IMG/VR virus record: IMGVR_UViG_3300021133_000001
Coordinates: 76,181 to 140,180 of that record
Source: a virus
Taxonomy: Duplodnaviria > Caudoviricetes
Direction: 5' to 3' (one strand)
Length of the DNA stretch: 64,000 bases
Shown here: positions 1 to 9,774 of the stretch, piece by piece
How the letters are laid out: every line of letters starts with the position of its first letter
How positions within the stretch are numbered: position 1 is the stretch's first letter
Made by a program: the position numbers and the translations under genes
The notes under the pieces: generated by a model
Database searches by the model: none
What the model was told of the DNA's origin: nothing
Seen by the model: only the letters and a program-made list of their open reading frames with translations

Positions 1-3000
1 GCAACAATATCAGCTCTTTCTAGAGCTTGAAAATAGAACCGTACATCTGCGATGGCTCCGTTAAAACTGTAAGGATCTATTGTTTGCTTAGTAAACTCAG
101 ATAATGTTTGAGTTTTAAAGCTAGATGTACCTACTACTAAGTCTACATTGTTACGCTGATTGTATATCCTGTATACACCTGCAGAAAGATCTCCAACAGA
201 GGTACTTGTTGCTAAATTACCGTCAACGTACAGATTTAACATGTTGTACGGATCAATACTAATAGCAAAATGGTGCCAACCAGGCATTAAAATAGATGAG
301 TTGTAGTTTAACTGATAAACTTTATTATCTCTCTTTAAAGTAGCTGTATTATTAACGTTTGCTTTTACTGTTAATAATGTCTTACTGTTATTCTGTATGT
401 AATTGTATTTGCGCTGATAATCATAACCGGTAGCATCACCAATTTGAGTAATATAAAGTGGCGCTGAACTTAAAGTACCATACATGGCTGTAGTAGCGTT
501 ATAAGTTGCTAGTATCTTACCACTTAATGGTTCTACCTTAAACACGTTTTGTGTTTTACCATCTATAACAACTGCATTGTATACAATAGAATTAGAGTTA
601 GGGTCAAGCTCTGCAGAGAAATTAATAATACGAGACGAATTTCTAGGTTTACCGTTAACTGCAAATACTTGATCGCTTGTCAAGCTGATATCCCATATTA
701 ATCTACCGTAATTGTCTAATTTGCATAGATTGCTACCAGATAAGCCACCGTATAACAACCAAAGATTGTTTTGGTGATCACATGCTACATATTCTGCATG
801 GTAAGCAGATAATATAAACTGTGGGCTGTTAGTATTAAGATTTCTTACTAATATATCACCAGATAGGGCAAATACTACATTATTACTATCTACTGTACCG
901 CTAGTGGTACCGTTAAAGTAAGAAATATTACCACTTAAGTCTAAAGCATAACTAGTAAACCCTGCATTTGAGTTACCTGTTAAGAAAGTACCGTTTGGGT
1001 CGAACTTATACCAATAAACTGTGTTATTGTAGTATGTAAACACATACAATTTACGTATATTGTTTTCATATATTAAATGTGCATTCATTAATGCACCTAA
1101 TAACTCTTGACCACTGCTGTTATATAAATGAAACTTCTTAAGTAGGGTGCCGTCTTGATCGTATTCAAATACGTCTTTTTGTACGTCTATAATAAAGTAA
1201 CTTTCATTGTAGTTACCTTTTAATACGATACTATTACCGCTAGCTGGCGCATTAGTAGTAGTGTGTAATGAAGATAACTGAGTGTTTAAAGTCTGTATCT
1301 TAGTTTTATCACCAACCAATGTAATGAACGGTGTAATGAGAGGGTTATATTTAAACAAACCGAAACCACCATTATAGAAATTGCCTATAATCTGATCTCC
1401 ACGAAAATTACTCCAATCATTGTTATATGCTTGGAATGCTAGTGTAAAACCTGGTACATATAGGTCATTATCCGTTAAGTTTAACTTAGCATAACTAACT
1501 GAAGTATTTAAAGCCTGATCTCTTGTACCTGTATAAGTTTGAGTTGAGTTACTAACTAAATTATATACATATCCTGCACTTAAACCTGTAACATTGTTAA
1601 CTAATGGGTTAGTCCATGTTGTTATTTGATGTGTTAGTGTGCCTGAAAGATTATCAACAACCATTAAGTTATCGTTATCCCCTATTTTATGATAAACGTA
1701 TAAGCTTTCAGGGCATAATACTTGTGTAGTAGGGGTATCCCAAATAACATTAGGGTAATTATTATTACTAGGACTGACCCCAGGAGAATTTAACACTAAT
1801 GCAGGACCAACTTTGTTAGGATCAAAGTACCTATCCATCCATACCGGTTCTGCACCTATATCTGATGCAGATAACCAAGAACAGAATAATGTACCTGGTT
1901 GAGAGCTTAAAGCATTGATATAATTGCCCCAAGGTGTGTATTTTCTATAATTTGCTTGTTTAACAAATATACGATCTGAACGCCAAGGCGATGAACCTGG
2001 AGTCGCACCAGACTTAGCTAATGTACTACCAGACAATGCTATATTAACAGCACTTACAGGATAATGAAAATATGTATCCTTATTTTTATAGAAGGTCTGA
2101 GCTGCTTGATTGCCTAGATAACTTAAATAAATTTTGTCATAACCTTCTTCAGTGTTTAAACCAGTGAAAATCTTATTATACAATCTTGACTGTGCACTTA
2201 AAGTAGGGGTTTGAATATATTCCGGAGAATAATAATTCTTTAAAGGTGTAATGTTATAATCTAGCTCGTCAGATATAGAAGCAATATCTTCATAAGGAGC
2301 TGTAATTAAATAATTGTAAGGTAGTTTTGAAGTTGCTACGCTTATATCAATACTATTGGGTGTATTGACGTATTTTACGTTACTACTATCACCTACAGAT
2401 TTATATGCTGTTTCAGTAAATCTATTTAAAGTAAAAACGTTAGTATTAGTGTTAAAGCCTAAGAATGTACTTGTTTTTAAATATGTGTTATCAATATCAC
2501 TAACTACATACCCGTTTTCTGAGCCACCATTAACAAATAAACTAATATTGTTTTTATAAAGATTATAATGCAGTACATAAGCTGTACTAGACATTCTCAA
2601 ACCGCCATCTATATTTGTAAAACCGTTTACATAAGCAACATAGTTATTGTTGTATGTTACAGCAACTGTATTAGCGCTTGTTACGAACGTTAATGTGAAT
2701 AAAGTAGCTTTAGTAGGATCGGTAATGAACTGTATTTTGCTACCACTGTATGTACTTGCAGAAAGATAATAACTGCCTATACTTAAAGTAGATGTAGTTA
2801 TATAGTTTGTACCGTCAAGAAAAGAAACAGAACTCAAACAATCCGATAGAACGAGATTGTTAGATAATATGTTTAACGAGTTTTGATTAAACGTTACGTC
2901 TTTTGCACCTGAAAGTAACGGGGATAAACTATAAAAAATCCCATCTGAAGTCGAAAACCCATTGAGAAGGGTACTTACGTTTGAACCGTAATTGTAGGTC

Positions 3001-3032
3001 AAATTAACAGGGTAAGTACTAACAATCGACAT
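1..3032 (-). CDS. Large virion/baseplate-associated protein with a C-terminal LamG (concanavalin A-like) domain; runs off the left edge (>1010 aa)
   Basis: Not in the ORF track because it is truncated. Manual translation from ATG at 3032 gives MSIVSTYPVNLTYNYGS... The same frame at the window edge reads ...PGWHHFAISIDPYNMLNLYVDG...PYSFNGAIADVRFYFQALERADIV, with the LamG hallmarks WHH, LYVDG and FxGxIxDVRxY. TAAGTA motif 6 nt upstream. The middle of the frame was spot-checked only. Confidence 0.8.
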   Translation of the reverse strand, partial: MSIVSTYPVNLTYNYGSNVSTLLNGFSTSDGIFYSLSPLLSGAKDVTFNQNSLNILSNNLVLSDCLSSVSFLDGTNYITTSTLSIGSYYLSASTYSGSKIQFITDPTKATLFTLTFVTSANTVAVTYNNNYVAYVNGFTNIDGGLRMSSTAYVLHYNLYKNNISLFVNGGSENGYVVSDIDNTYLKTSTFLGFNTNTNVFTLNRFTETAYKSVGDSSNVKYVNTPNSIDISVATSKLPYNYLITAPYEDIASISDELDYNITPLKNYYSPEYIQTPTLSAQSRLYNKIFTGLNTEEGYDKIYLSYLGNQAAQTFYKNKDTYFHYPVSAVNIALSGSTLAKSGATPGSSPWRSDRIFVKQANYRKYTPWGNYINALSSQPGTLFCSWLSASDIGAEPVWMDRYFDPNKVGPALVLNSPGVSPSNNNYPNVIWDTPTTQVLCPESLYVYHKIGDNDNLMVVDNLSGTLTHQITTWTNPLVNNVTGLSAGYVYNLVSNSTQTYTGTRDQALNTSVSYAKLNLTDNDLYVPGFTLAFQAYNNDWSNFRGDQIIGNFYNGGFGLFKYNPLITPFITLVGDKTKIQTLNTQLSSLHTTTNAPASGNSIVLKGNYNESYFIIDVQKDVFEYDQDGTLLKKFHLYNSSGQELLGALMNAHLIYENNIRKLYVFTYYNNTVYWYKFDPNGTFLTGNSNAGFTSYALDLSGNISYFNGTTSGTVDSNNVVFALSGDILVRNLNTNSPQFILSAYHAEYVACDHQNNLWLLYGGLSGSNLCKLDNYGRLIWDISLTSDQVFAVNGKPRNSSRIINFSAELDPNSNSIVYNAVVIDGKTQNVFKVEPLSGKILATYNATTAMYGTLSSAPLYITQIGDATGYDYQRKYNYIQNNSKTLLTVKANVNNTATLKRDNKVYQLNYNSSILMPGWHHFAISIDPYNMLNLYVDGNLATSTSVGDLSAGVYRIYNQRNNVDLVVGTSSFKTQTLSEFTKQTIDPYSFNGAIADVRFYFQALERADIV

Positions 3033-3058
3033 ATAAAATACTTAGTATTAGGGTTTGT

Positions 3059-3904
3059 TTATACTACCTTATCTGGAAAGCATTTTTTAGCATCATCATG
3101 CAATAATTGTATATTTTGCATGGTGGTAAACTCTTTAAAATGCTCAATAATTGGAGTAACATCTAAACCAAGCTCTATATGCCCTATAAAATAGTTTCTA
3201 ATTTTATTCTCTAAAGTAAGCGGATATTTTACACCATTAGGTCTGCCAAATCTATGCATCCATCTCAAAAAAGGTAAACATAAAGTTTTTTTACCAGCTC
3301 GGCGATATTTCTCATGTATGTAACCTTCTTCCCCACCAAAACCTCTAAAATTTGGATTGAAGCCTAGCCAACTATCTTTTCTACAAGCAAATAGCCCTAA
3401 ACCCTGCGCGGGTATCTCAAATGGTTCATTGTTAAGGTTTTTAGCACGTTCATTTGTTGCCCATATACCCCACATTTGGCTTCTCCACACTAAATCAAAC
3501 TGAGTGGCTATATTTTTTAAATCATCATATAACATTGGGCCCTGTAACAAATTACCGCTATCTTTACTTTGATCAAAAAAATCAATTAATTTTTTTATTG
3601 CGCCTGACTCTAATAATATATGGCAATCAATACACATTACGTAAGGAGTAGTTGCAAGCTCGAATATTTTTGTTCTTATAGCAGTACTGTTATATTCAGT
3701 AAATGGTACATATGTAACTAATTGCGGAAAAGAATATGTTAGGTTTTTAACCGCGGTACCATGAGAACTATTCGGGTTGTTATCTATTATTATAAATTCA
3801 ATATCATTTAAAACTTCTGAATGATACATACGTATAGCTTGTATAGTAAAGTATACTCCATCATAATCATCATATGTAGTAAAACCTATAGTGAGTTTTT
3901 TCAT
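3059..3904 (-). CDS. GT-A fold glycosyltransferase with DxH motif (GT2/GT27-like; resembles the catalytic domain of polypeptide GalNAc-transferases)
   Basis: LTIGFTTYD; IEFIIIDN; YVMCIDCH (DxH); GLGLFACRKDSW; FRGFGGEE; WMHRFGRP. Confidence 0.8.
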   Translation of the reverse strand: MKKLTIGFTTYDDYDGVYFTIQAIRMYHSEVLNDIEFIIIDNNPNSSHGTAVKNLTYSFPQLVTYVPFTEYNSTAIRTKIFELATTPYVMCIDCHILLESGAIKKLIDFFDQSKDSGNLLQGPMLYDDLKNIATQFDLVWRSQMWGIWATNERAKNLNNEPFEIPAQGLGLFACRKDSWLGFNPNFRGFGGEEGYIHEKYRRAGKKTLCLPFLRWMHRFGRPNGVKYPLTLENKIRNYFIGHIELGLDVTPIIEHFKEFTTMQNIQLLHDDAKKCFPDKVV

Positions 3905-3949
3905 TCTTAATTATAACTTATTATTAGTAATGAATTAAGCCAATATAGC

Positions 3950-4174
3950 TTAGCTGCGTAACTCTATCGTATCAGTGTCTTTTACGGTTAAATAAGTTTT
4001 ATCCGGAGATAAAATAACGTTTAGTATGTTATCTTTCTCTGTATAGGTAATTCCTGAAATTACAGTACTTGTACTATCTCTAACTATATAAAGTTTACTA
4101 GTAGAACCTTTAACCAAACTGCTTTTAAGAGCAGTTATAATAGCGTCTTTAGTTTTATCAATCGTAGTTGTCAT
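3950..4174 (-). CDS. Small hypothetical protein
   Basis: 74 aa ORF filling the gap between co-oriented genes; ATG start. Confidence 0.6.
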   Translation of the reverse strand: MTTTIDKTKDAIITALKSSLVKGSTSKLYIVRDSTSTVISGITYTEKDNILNVILSPDKTYLTVKDTDTIELRS

Positions 4175-4185
4175 TTTTTTATATA

Positions 4186-5619
4186 TTAACAGGAGCCGGT
4201 AGAACCATATGAAACTGAACCTTGTAATATGCTAGCGCTATTATCAGCTGCACAACCATTAAATGTAAATGGACCGCCTTGAGAATCAAAGTAGTATTGT
4301 GCACTACCGCCACATGGGGTCCAGTAGAACTCTACTTCATAATCGTCGCTATCATAGTTGTAAGTAGAATCCACACTTATCGTTAAACATGTCGAAGGCG
4401 GTGGTGTTGATGTAGTGGTGGTTGTCGTAGTGGTGGCGGCATTTACGGTTACATATATACTACCACTGCTTGTAATAGATGTATTTTCAGCAAGTCTGAC
4501 ATAACAAGTCCAAGTACCTGCATTATTTGTTTCAACAGGGTTCCAAACAAATTGATGTTGATTTGCATTTATGTTGCCTGTTTGCCAACCAGTTATATTA
4601 CCGCCGTTTTGATACCAATCAAATTGTGGGGTATAACCATCTGTGTGAGAAACTGTGCAACGTATTGCATATGGACCGACACCAGCTGTATAGGTAGGGT
4701 TACCAGACTGCCAGTTACTACCATCAAAGTATTCCATAGCTGTAACTGAAATAACAGGTGGTGGGGGTGTAGTTGTGGTCGTAGTAGTAGTTGTGGTAGT
4801 AGTTGTTGTAGTAGTAGTTGTTGTGGTTGTTACTGCAACGAAATTAGCTGTAATTGTACCGTTACCAGTAAGTGTTACTCCGGAAGTTGCATTATTTGGA
4901 CTTGCTATAGAAACTCCACCAGTGCTCGTCCAATTACTAAATACATAACCTGTACCTGCAGTAGCATGAATAATATTTGGCCCAGTTTCTGACTGATTAG
5001 ATGTGTTATTACATTGAGTACCGTTTATACAAGCTGTTGAAGAACCGCCACCGTTTGCAGCTACCATAGTAATACTATATGTAGCAGGCGTGGTTGTAGT
5101 AGTGGTAGTGCTACCAGCATAATTAGCTGTCAAAGTAACTGGCCCGCCATTAATGGTTACGTTTGTTGAGGTACTGGAAGCATTAGCAAAAGTAGCATCT
5201 CCAGAAGGAGTAGCTGTCCAACCTGTAAATGTACCTGTACCGGTTGCAACTAATGAACCTACGTGACCGACTTGTACACCAAGTATAAATGTACTACCGT
5301 CCATAGTACCGTTAACGACAGTTACAGAATACAAAGGCGGGTTAGTAGTGGTAGTTGAAGTAGTGGTAGTTGTAGAAGTAGTGGTAGTTGTAGAAGTAGT
5401 GGTAGTTGCATTAATATCTTTAAAAACATACCTCATATCAGTACCACCCACTTTATAACCTGTGTTATAGCCTAAATCTCCACCACCAGCTGTTTCATAT
5501 CTTTGAGCAAAATCCTGACCGTTTACTTTATAACCAGTATTAGACCCAGCAGTCCCTACTCTTGCCATAAAAACACTGTCAAGATCAGTACCGTTGGAAA
5601 GTTTGTAGTTCGAGGCCAT
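4186..5619 (-). CDS. Putative fibre-tip adhesin: N-terminal repeated attachment motif, Ig-like/beta-sandwich modules separated by poly-Thr linkers
   Basis: N-terminal (N/T)GYKVxGxD repeats; four Thr-rich runs, one ending in PPPP; two related ~75 aa modules (FxxWT...A/SxTxVTxxGxxTxTANY/F); Ig-like YAIRC...FDWYQNG...NAGTWTCYV. Start overlaps the stop of the upstream S74 fibre gene (TAATG). Confidence 0.7.
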   Translation of the reverse strand: MASNYKLSNGTDLDSVFMARVGTAGSNTGYKVNGQDFAQRYETAGGGDLGYNTGYKVGGTDMRYVFKDINATTTTSTTTTTSTTTTTSTTTTNPPLYSVTVVNGTMDGSTFILGVQVGHVGSLVATGTGTFTGWTATPSGDATFANASSTSTNVTINGGPVTLTANYAGSTTTTTTTPATYSITMVAANGGGSSTACINGTQCNNTSNQSETGPNIIHATAGTGYVFSNWTSTGGVSIASPNNATSGVTLTGNGTITANFVAVTTTTTTTTTTTTTTTTTTTTTPPPPVISVTAMEYFDGSNWQSGNPTYTAGVGPYAIRCTVSHTDGYTPQFDWYQNGGNITGWQTGNINANQHQFVWNPVETNNAGTWTCYVRLAENTSITSSGSIYVTVNAATTTTTTTTSTPPPSTCLTISVDSTYNYDSDDYEVEFYWTPCGGSAQYYFDSQGGPFTFNGCAADNSASILQGSVSYGSTGSC

Positions 5620-8600
5620 TATCTAGCTTCAAGTACTTTAACTCTTTCATTTAATGTCTTAACCGCTTCAATTAATAGCGCTGTAAGACGGCCGTAATCA
5701 ACACCTGTAGCTTCTCCTGTATAAACATCTTTACTTACTACTGTAGGTAATACTTCGTTTACGTCTTCAGCAATTAAACCAATATCATTTACCACATCTT
5801 TATTATTCCAATCAAAAGTGACGCCTTGTAATTTTGTTACAGTTTCAATTGCACTTACAATAGGTGATATATTAGTTTTCCATTTACGAGAAGAGCTTGT
5901 ATTATATGTACCTGCTGTAACTGTTCCTGCTACGTTTAAATTACCTGCATTACTACCATTTCCATTGTTTTGTATATCAACTAGACCGTCATAGTTGATT
6001 TTCATTCTGATTGTGTTTGCACCACCACCTAAATCCGGACCAGTAGCAAATCTTATGTAACCGCCAGAGGCAGCACCTGCATTAAGACTTAATACGCCCG
6101 GTACAACACTACTATTACCTGCAAAGTCAATTTGCGCGCCATTACTAATACCGTTGCTTTGACCACCTGTGACTGTTAATACCCCGCTATTATTTATATA
6201 ACGTAAACCTACATAAGAACTTACTATAACGCCGTCATCTGTTTGTATACCGTGTATAGATAGGTTACTACCATCCCATCGCATATAACTACTAGAGTTA
6301 CCGATATCAAACTTAGCTGTACCGCTAACATCTCCTAACCAGAAACCAGTACCAGAACCGTAACTTGATTTACCTTGATATACTGCATTTCCACTATTAT
6401 TAGCTATAGCAACACTACCATTAATAGTTAATGTAGATGTGTCCCAAGTTAAGTTGCTACCTAATGAGAATTTACCAGTATTTTCAGCATAGAAACCAGC
6501 AACTCCATAGCCACCGGAACCAGCCATTAAATATGTACTTGCTATTGTAATGCCACCTACTGAACCGCCAGTTAGACCTAAGCTCTTACCTGTTTGTCCG
6601 CTTTGTAAAGCAGAGTTAGCATTGTTAATAGACGTTGAAGTTACTTGCGTACTACCACCAACATAAATCGTGCCTTTTACTGTTAAAGTTGAACCATCCC
6701 AGTATATTGAATTTGCACCAGTACCGTTAAATGCAAAAGTACCATCATTCTTTATATATGTGTTAAATGCACCGCTAGTATAATAACCCATATAGGTTTG
6801 ACCTAAAAATAAACCGCTACCAGAAGGAGCTGCATCAATTACTAGCTTACCGTTACTATCGGTCTTTACTTTACCGGATAATGTGGATACGTTACTATTA
6901 GCTGTATTAGCAGTACCTAAAGCTGTACTTGCATTACTATTAGCTGTACTTGCGTTACTATTAGCTGTAGCAATGTCTGTAGCAGCTTGACCTCCAGTTA
7001 TATTAATAGCACCATTAATAGTTAAGTAACCGTTTGCCCAGGTTAAGGAATCTCCGTTAGGACCAGATAGGTAAAAGTTACCATTATTGGCCATATACGT
7101 TTTCCATGCACTACCATTATAATAACCTAAATTATTAGAGCCTAAATATAAACCTGCAGTGCTTGGACTTGGAGTTTTTACGATAGCACCTGTACTATCA
7201 GTGAATACTGCAGAAGCCGTTGGTGAAACCGCGTTATTAGCAATAGTTGTAGCGGTTGATGTACTTACTGCAGCAGAACCGTCTGTTAAATATAAGCTAC
7301 CTTTAAGTGTCAAGCTAGAACCATCCCACCATAAATAGTTTCCTGTAGCACTAAGTGTATAACTACTTGTTAAGCCTGTACTACCTAATAACATATTAAA
7401 TGTAGGGGTAGAAGTACCAGCTTTTTTGTACCATTTAAATGAATCGCCTAGATAAAGTACTGCTTGACTTACATTTGAACGATCTGAAGCAGCTGTAGTA
7501 CCATTTAAAAAGAATGGAGTATCTGCTGTACCAGCTGCACTTGGAACACCGGTATATAATGTATTTTGATACATACCCACACCAGCAATAGAGCCGTATG
7601 TAGCAGTAATACCACCAGATACGTTCATGTAGTTTGTTCCGCCTGCTCTAAAATACTTTAAGGTATTACCTAATGTAAAATAAGTACGATCTGAAGTGCC
7701 GTTGTCGTAGGAACCGTTTAAATAGAATGGTGTGTCAGCAGAACCAGCAGCTGAAGCAACACCTGTATATACTGCACCTGTAGCAATACCAACACCACCG
7801 ATGGAACCGTATGTAGCTGTTATACCACCAGATACGTTCATATAATTTGTACCACCCACTCTAAAATATTTTAGAGTGTTACCTAAAGTCATGTATGTAC
7901 GATCTGAATAACCATCATCATATGAACCGTTAACGTAAAACGGAGTGTCTGCTGTACCAGCTGCACTTGCAACACCTGTATATATTGCACCAGCTGCAAT
8001 ACCAACACCACCGATGGAACCGTATGTAGCTGTTATACCACCAGATACGTTCATATAATTTGTACCACCGGCACGGAAATACTTTAACGTATTACCTAAA
8101 GTCATATAGGTACGATCTGAATGACCGTCATCAACTGTACCGTTTACATAAAATGGAGTATCTGCTGTACCAGCTGCACTAGCAACACCAGTATAAATAG
8201 AACCTTGTGTTAAACCAACACCACCAATAGAACCAGCATTTGCAAATATAGTACCAGATAGTTGTAACTGACCAGTATCTCCTCTATATAAGAAACCGTT
8301 GTTTGGATAGTTACCTACAAAGAAATAAGCATTACCATCAGTGTAGTTACCCATCCACACTCCATGTGAACCGGATGTGCCTGGCCAATCTGCATTAGCT
8401 GTACGAATAAAACCAGCAGAAAGGTCCCCTACTGTACCTAATACAATACCTTGAGTAACTGATACGTCTTGTGCTAATAATAAGTCTGTAGCTACACTTG
8501 CGAAGTTTTCACCAAATGAAGCCCAATCAGCTGTATCTACTCCTGGTATACCCCAGCCTGTATAGCCTGAGAACGAATCGCTACTTAAAGTGGTACTTCT

Positions 8601-9215
8601 AGCTATATAATAATTAATTTTACCACCACCAGAATAACCTGCAACGTCAACCCGAGAAGGTGTATCGTAGTAAATGTAATTTGGACCTCTATAATAACCT
8701 GTATAAACTAAGCCAGGTCCTGGGTTACCATTATTTGCACCAGGCGGTCCTGAAAAACCTGATTTACCGCTTACACCACTAAAGCCTGAACTACCAGTAA
8801 AGCCTGAAAAACCTGAATTACCGTTAAAACCAGAATAGCCTGTTGAACCTTGAAAACCAGAAAAGCCTGAATTGCCTTGAAAACCAGAATAGCCCGTTGA
8901 ACCTTGAAAACCAGAAAAGCCTGAATTACCGTTAAAGCCAGAAAACCCTGAACTACCAGGAATACCTTGAGGTCCAGCTGCTGTACTTGCTGCACCTTGT
9001 GCACCTGTTGATCCTTGAGCGCCTGGTGCTCCAGAAAAACCAGAAATACCTGTACCACCTGGGCCTATACCTTGAGTGCTTAACCAAGCTAACGTCTGTG
9101 CCAAAGACATTCTGTATGTTTTTGGATCTGTTTCGCTCTTAGAAACTGGTATTGAAATATCCTGAGAAACTGTTCCAGTTGGAACTGGTGGTAAATCTGT
9201 AATTTTAAGAGGCAT
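5619..9215 (-). CDS. Long tail fibre with N-terminal Gly-X-Y tract, 71-aa tandem repeats and C-terminal peptidase S74 intramolecular chaperone
   Basis: C-terminus TSSSRKWKTNI...LQGVTFDW...IGLIAEDV...[15 protein letters not shown]; repeated WDGSxLTxxG fibre motifs; GFS/GYS triplets near the N-terminus. Confidence 0.9.
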   Translation of the reverse strand: MPLKITDLPPVPTGTVSQDISIPVSKSETDPKTYRMSLAQTLAWLSTQGIGPGGTGISGFSGAPGAQGSTGAQGAASTAAGPQGIPGSSGFSGFNGNSGFSGFQGSTGYSGFQGNSGFSGFQGSTGYSGFNGNSGFSGFTGSSGFSGVSGKSGFSGPPGANNGNPGPGLVYTGYYRGPNYIYYDTPSRVDVAGYSGGGKINYYIARSTTLSSDSFSGYTGWGIPGVDTADWASFGENFASVATDLLLAQDVSVTQGIVLGTVGDLSAGFIRTANADWPGTSGSHGVWMGNYTDGNAYFFVGNYPNNGFLYRGDTGQLQLSGTIFANAGSIGGVGLTQGSIYTGVASAAGTADTPFYVNGTVDDGHSDRTYMTLGNTLKYFRAGGTNYMNVSGGITATYGSIGGVGIAAGAIYTGVASAAGTADTPFYVNGSYDDGYSDRTYMTLGNTLKYFRVGGTNYMNVSGGITATYGSIGGVGIATGAVYTGVASAAGSADTPFYLNGSYDNGTSDRTYFTLGNTLKYFRAGGTNYMNVSGGITATYGSIAGVGMYQNTLYTGVPSAAGTADTPFFLNGTTAASDRSNVSQAVLYLGDSFKWYKKAGTSTPTFNMLLGSTGLTSSYTLSATGNYLWWDGSSLTLKGSLYLTDGSAAVSTSTATTIANNAVSPTASAVFTDSTGAIVKTPSPSTAGLYLGSNNLGYYNGSAWKTYMANNGNFYLSGPNGDSLTWANGYLTINGAINITGGQAATDIATANSNASTANSNASTALGTANTANSNVSTLSGKVKTDSNGKLVIDAAPSGSGLFLGQTYMGYYTSGAFNTYIKNDGTFAFNGTGANSIYWDGSTLTVKGTIYVGGSTQVTSTSINNANSALQSGQTGKSLGLTGGSVGGITIASTYLMAGSGGYGVAGFYAENTGKFSLGSNLTWDTSTLTINGSVAIANNSGNAVYQGKSSYGSGTGFWLGDVSGTAKFDIGNSSSYMRWDGSNLSIHGIQTDDGVIVSSYVGLRYINNSGVLTVTGGQSNGISNGAQIDFAGNSSVVPGVLSLNAGAASGGYIRFATGPDLGGGANTIRMKINYDGLVDIQNNGNGSNAGNLNVAGTVTAGTYNTSSSRKWKTNISPIVSAIETVTKLQGVTFDWNNKDVVNDIGLIAEDVNEVLPTVVSKDVYTGEATGVDYGRLTALLIEAVKTLNERVKVLEAR
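7500..8236 (-). repeat. 213-bp (71-aa) coding tandem repeat, about 3.5 copies
   Basis: Equivalent positions at 7588, 7801 and 8014 are 213 bp apart; unit GSIGGVG...YTGVASAAGTADTPFY.NG...SDRTY.TLGNTLKYFR.GGTNYMNVSGGITATY. Confidence 0.9.
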
Positions 9216-9246
9216 TGTTAATATTATTTAGTTGTTATGTATAGTA

Positions 9247-9717
9247 CTATCCATTATAATTTAACAGTAAATAGTTCGGGTTTTTCGTTTCTAAAGCTAT
9301 TATTTGACTGTTATCTGGACCCCAAGCTTTCATTTTAACTAAGTGTACTTCCTCAAAAGCATAAGGTTCAGCATTTGCAATAGGATTTTTAGTAAACTTA
9401 GGTAAAACATTAGTTACTGTGAAGGAATATATATAAGGATCGTAATGATCTGGACCTACATAAGCAGATATGCTAATAGTTAATGGAGAGTTACTATTAG
9501 GCACAGTATATACAAAATCTGATCTACAATCATCACCACTGTAATTAGAAGAAACAAATGTATTAACTTTTGTTACTACTTTATCAGGAAAATGATATAT
9601 AACTTTACTTAAAAACTGAGAACCTGTTAGCGGTACAAATATAGGTTGAAACGTTATAGTTAAAGGTGTATAACCTGAAACCGATGAAGTACTGTCAAAT
9701 TGGTAATTAATATTCAT
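9247..9717 (-). CDS. Hypothetical virion protein (beta-rich, PKD/Ig-like N-terminus)
   Basis: 156 aa; SGYTPLTITF start resembles PKD-type GxxPLTVxF; lies in the structural gene run. Confidence 0.6.
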   Translation of the reverse strand: MNINYQFDSTSSVSGYTPLTITFQPIFVPLTGSQFLSKVIYHFPDKVVTKVNTFVSSNYSGDDCRSDFVYTVPNSNSPLTISISAYVGPDHYDPYIYSFTVTNVLPKFTKNPIANAEPYAFEEVHLVKMKAWGPDNSQIIALETKNPNYLLLNYNG

Positions 9718-9774
9718 ATTATACGGCTACAATGTTGTGGTAATTAATATTCATATTATACGGCTACAATGTTG
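9701..9774. repeat. Exact 37-bp tandem duplication spanning a stop/start junction
   Basis: tggtaattaatattcatattatacggctacaatgttg at 9701-9737 and again at 9738-9774. Confidence 0.95.
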
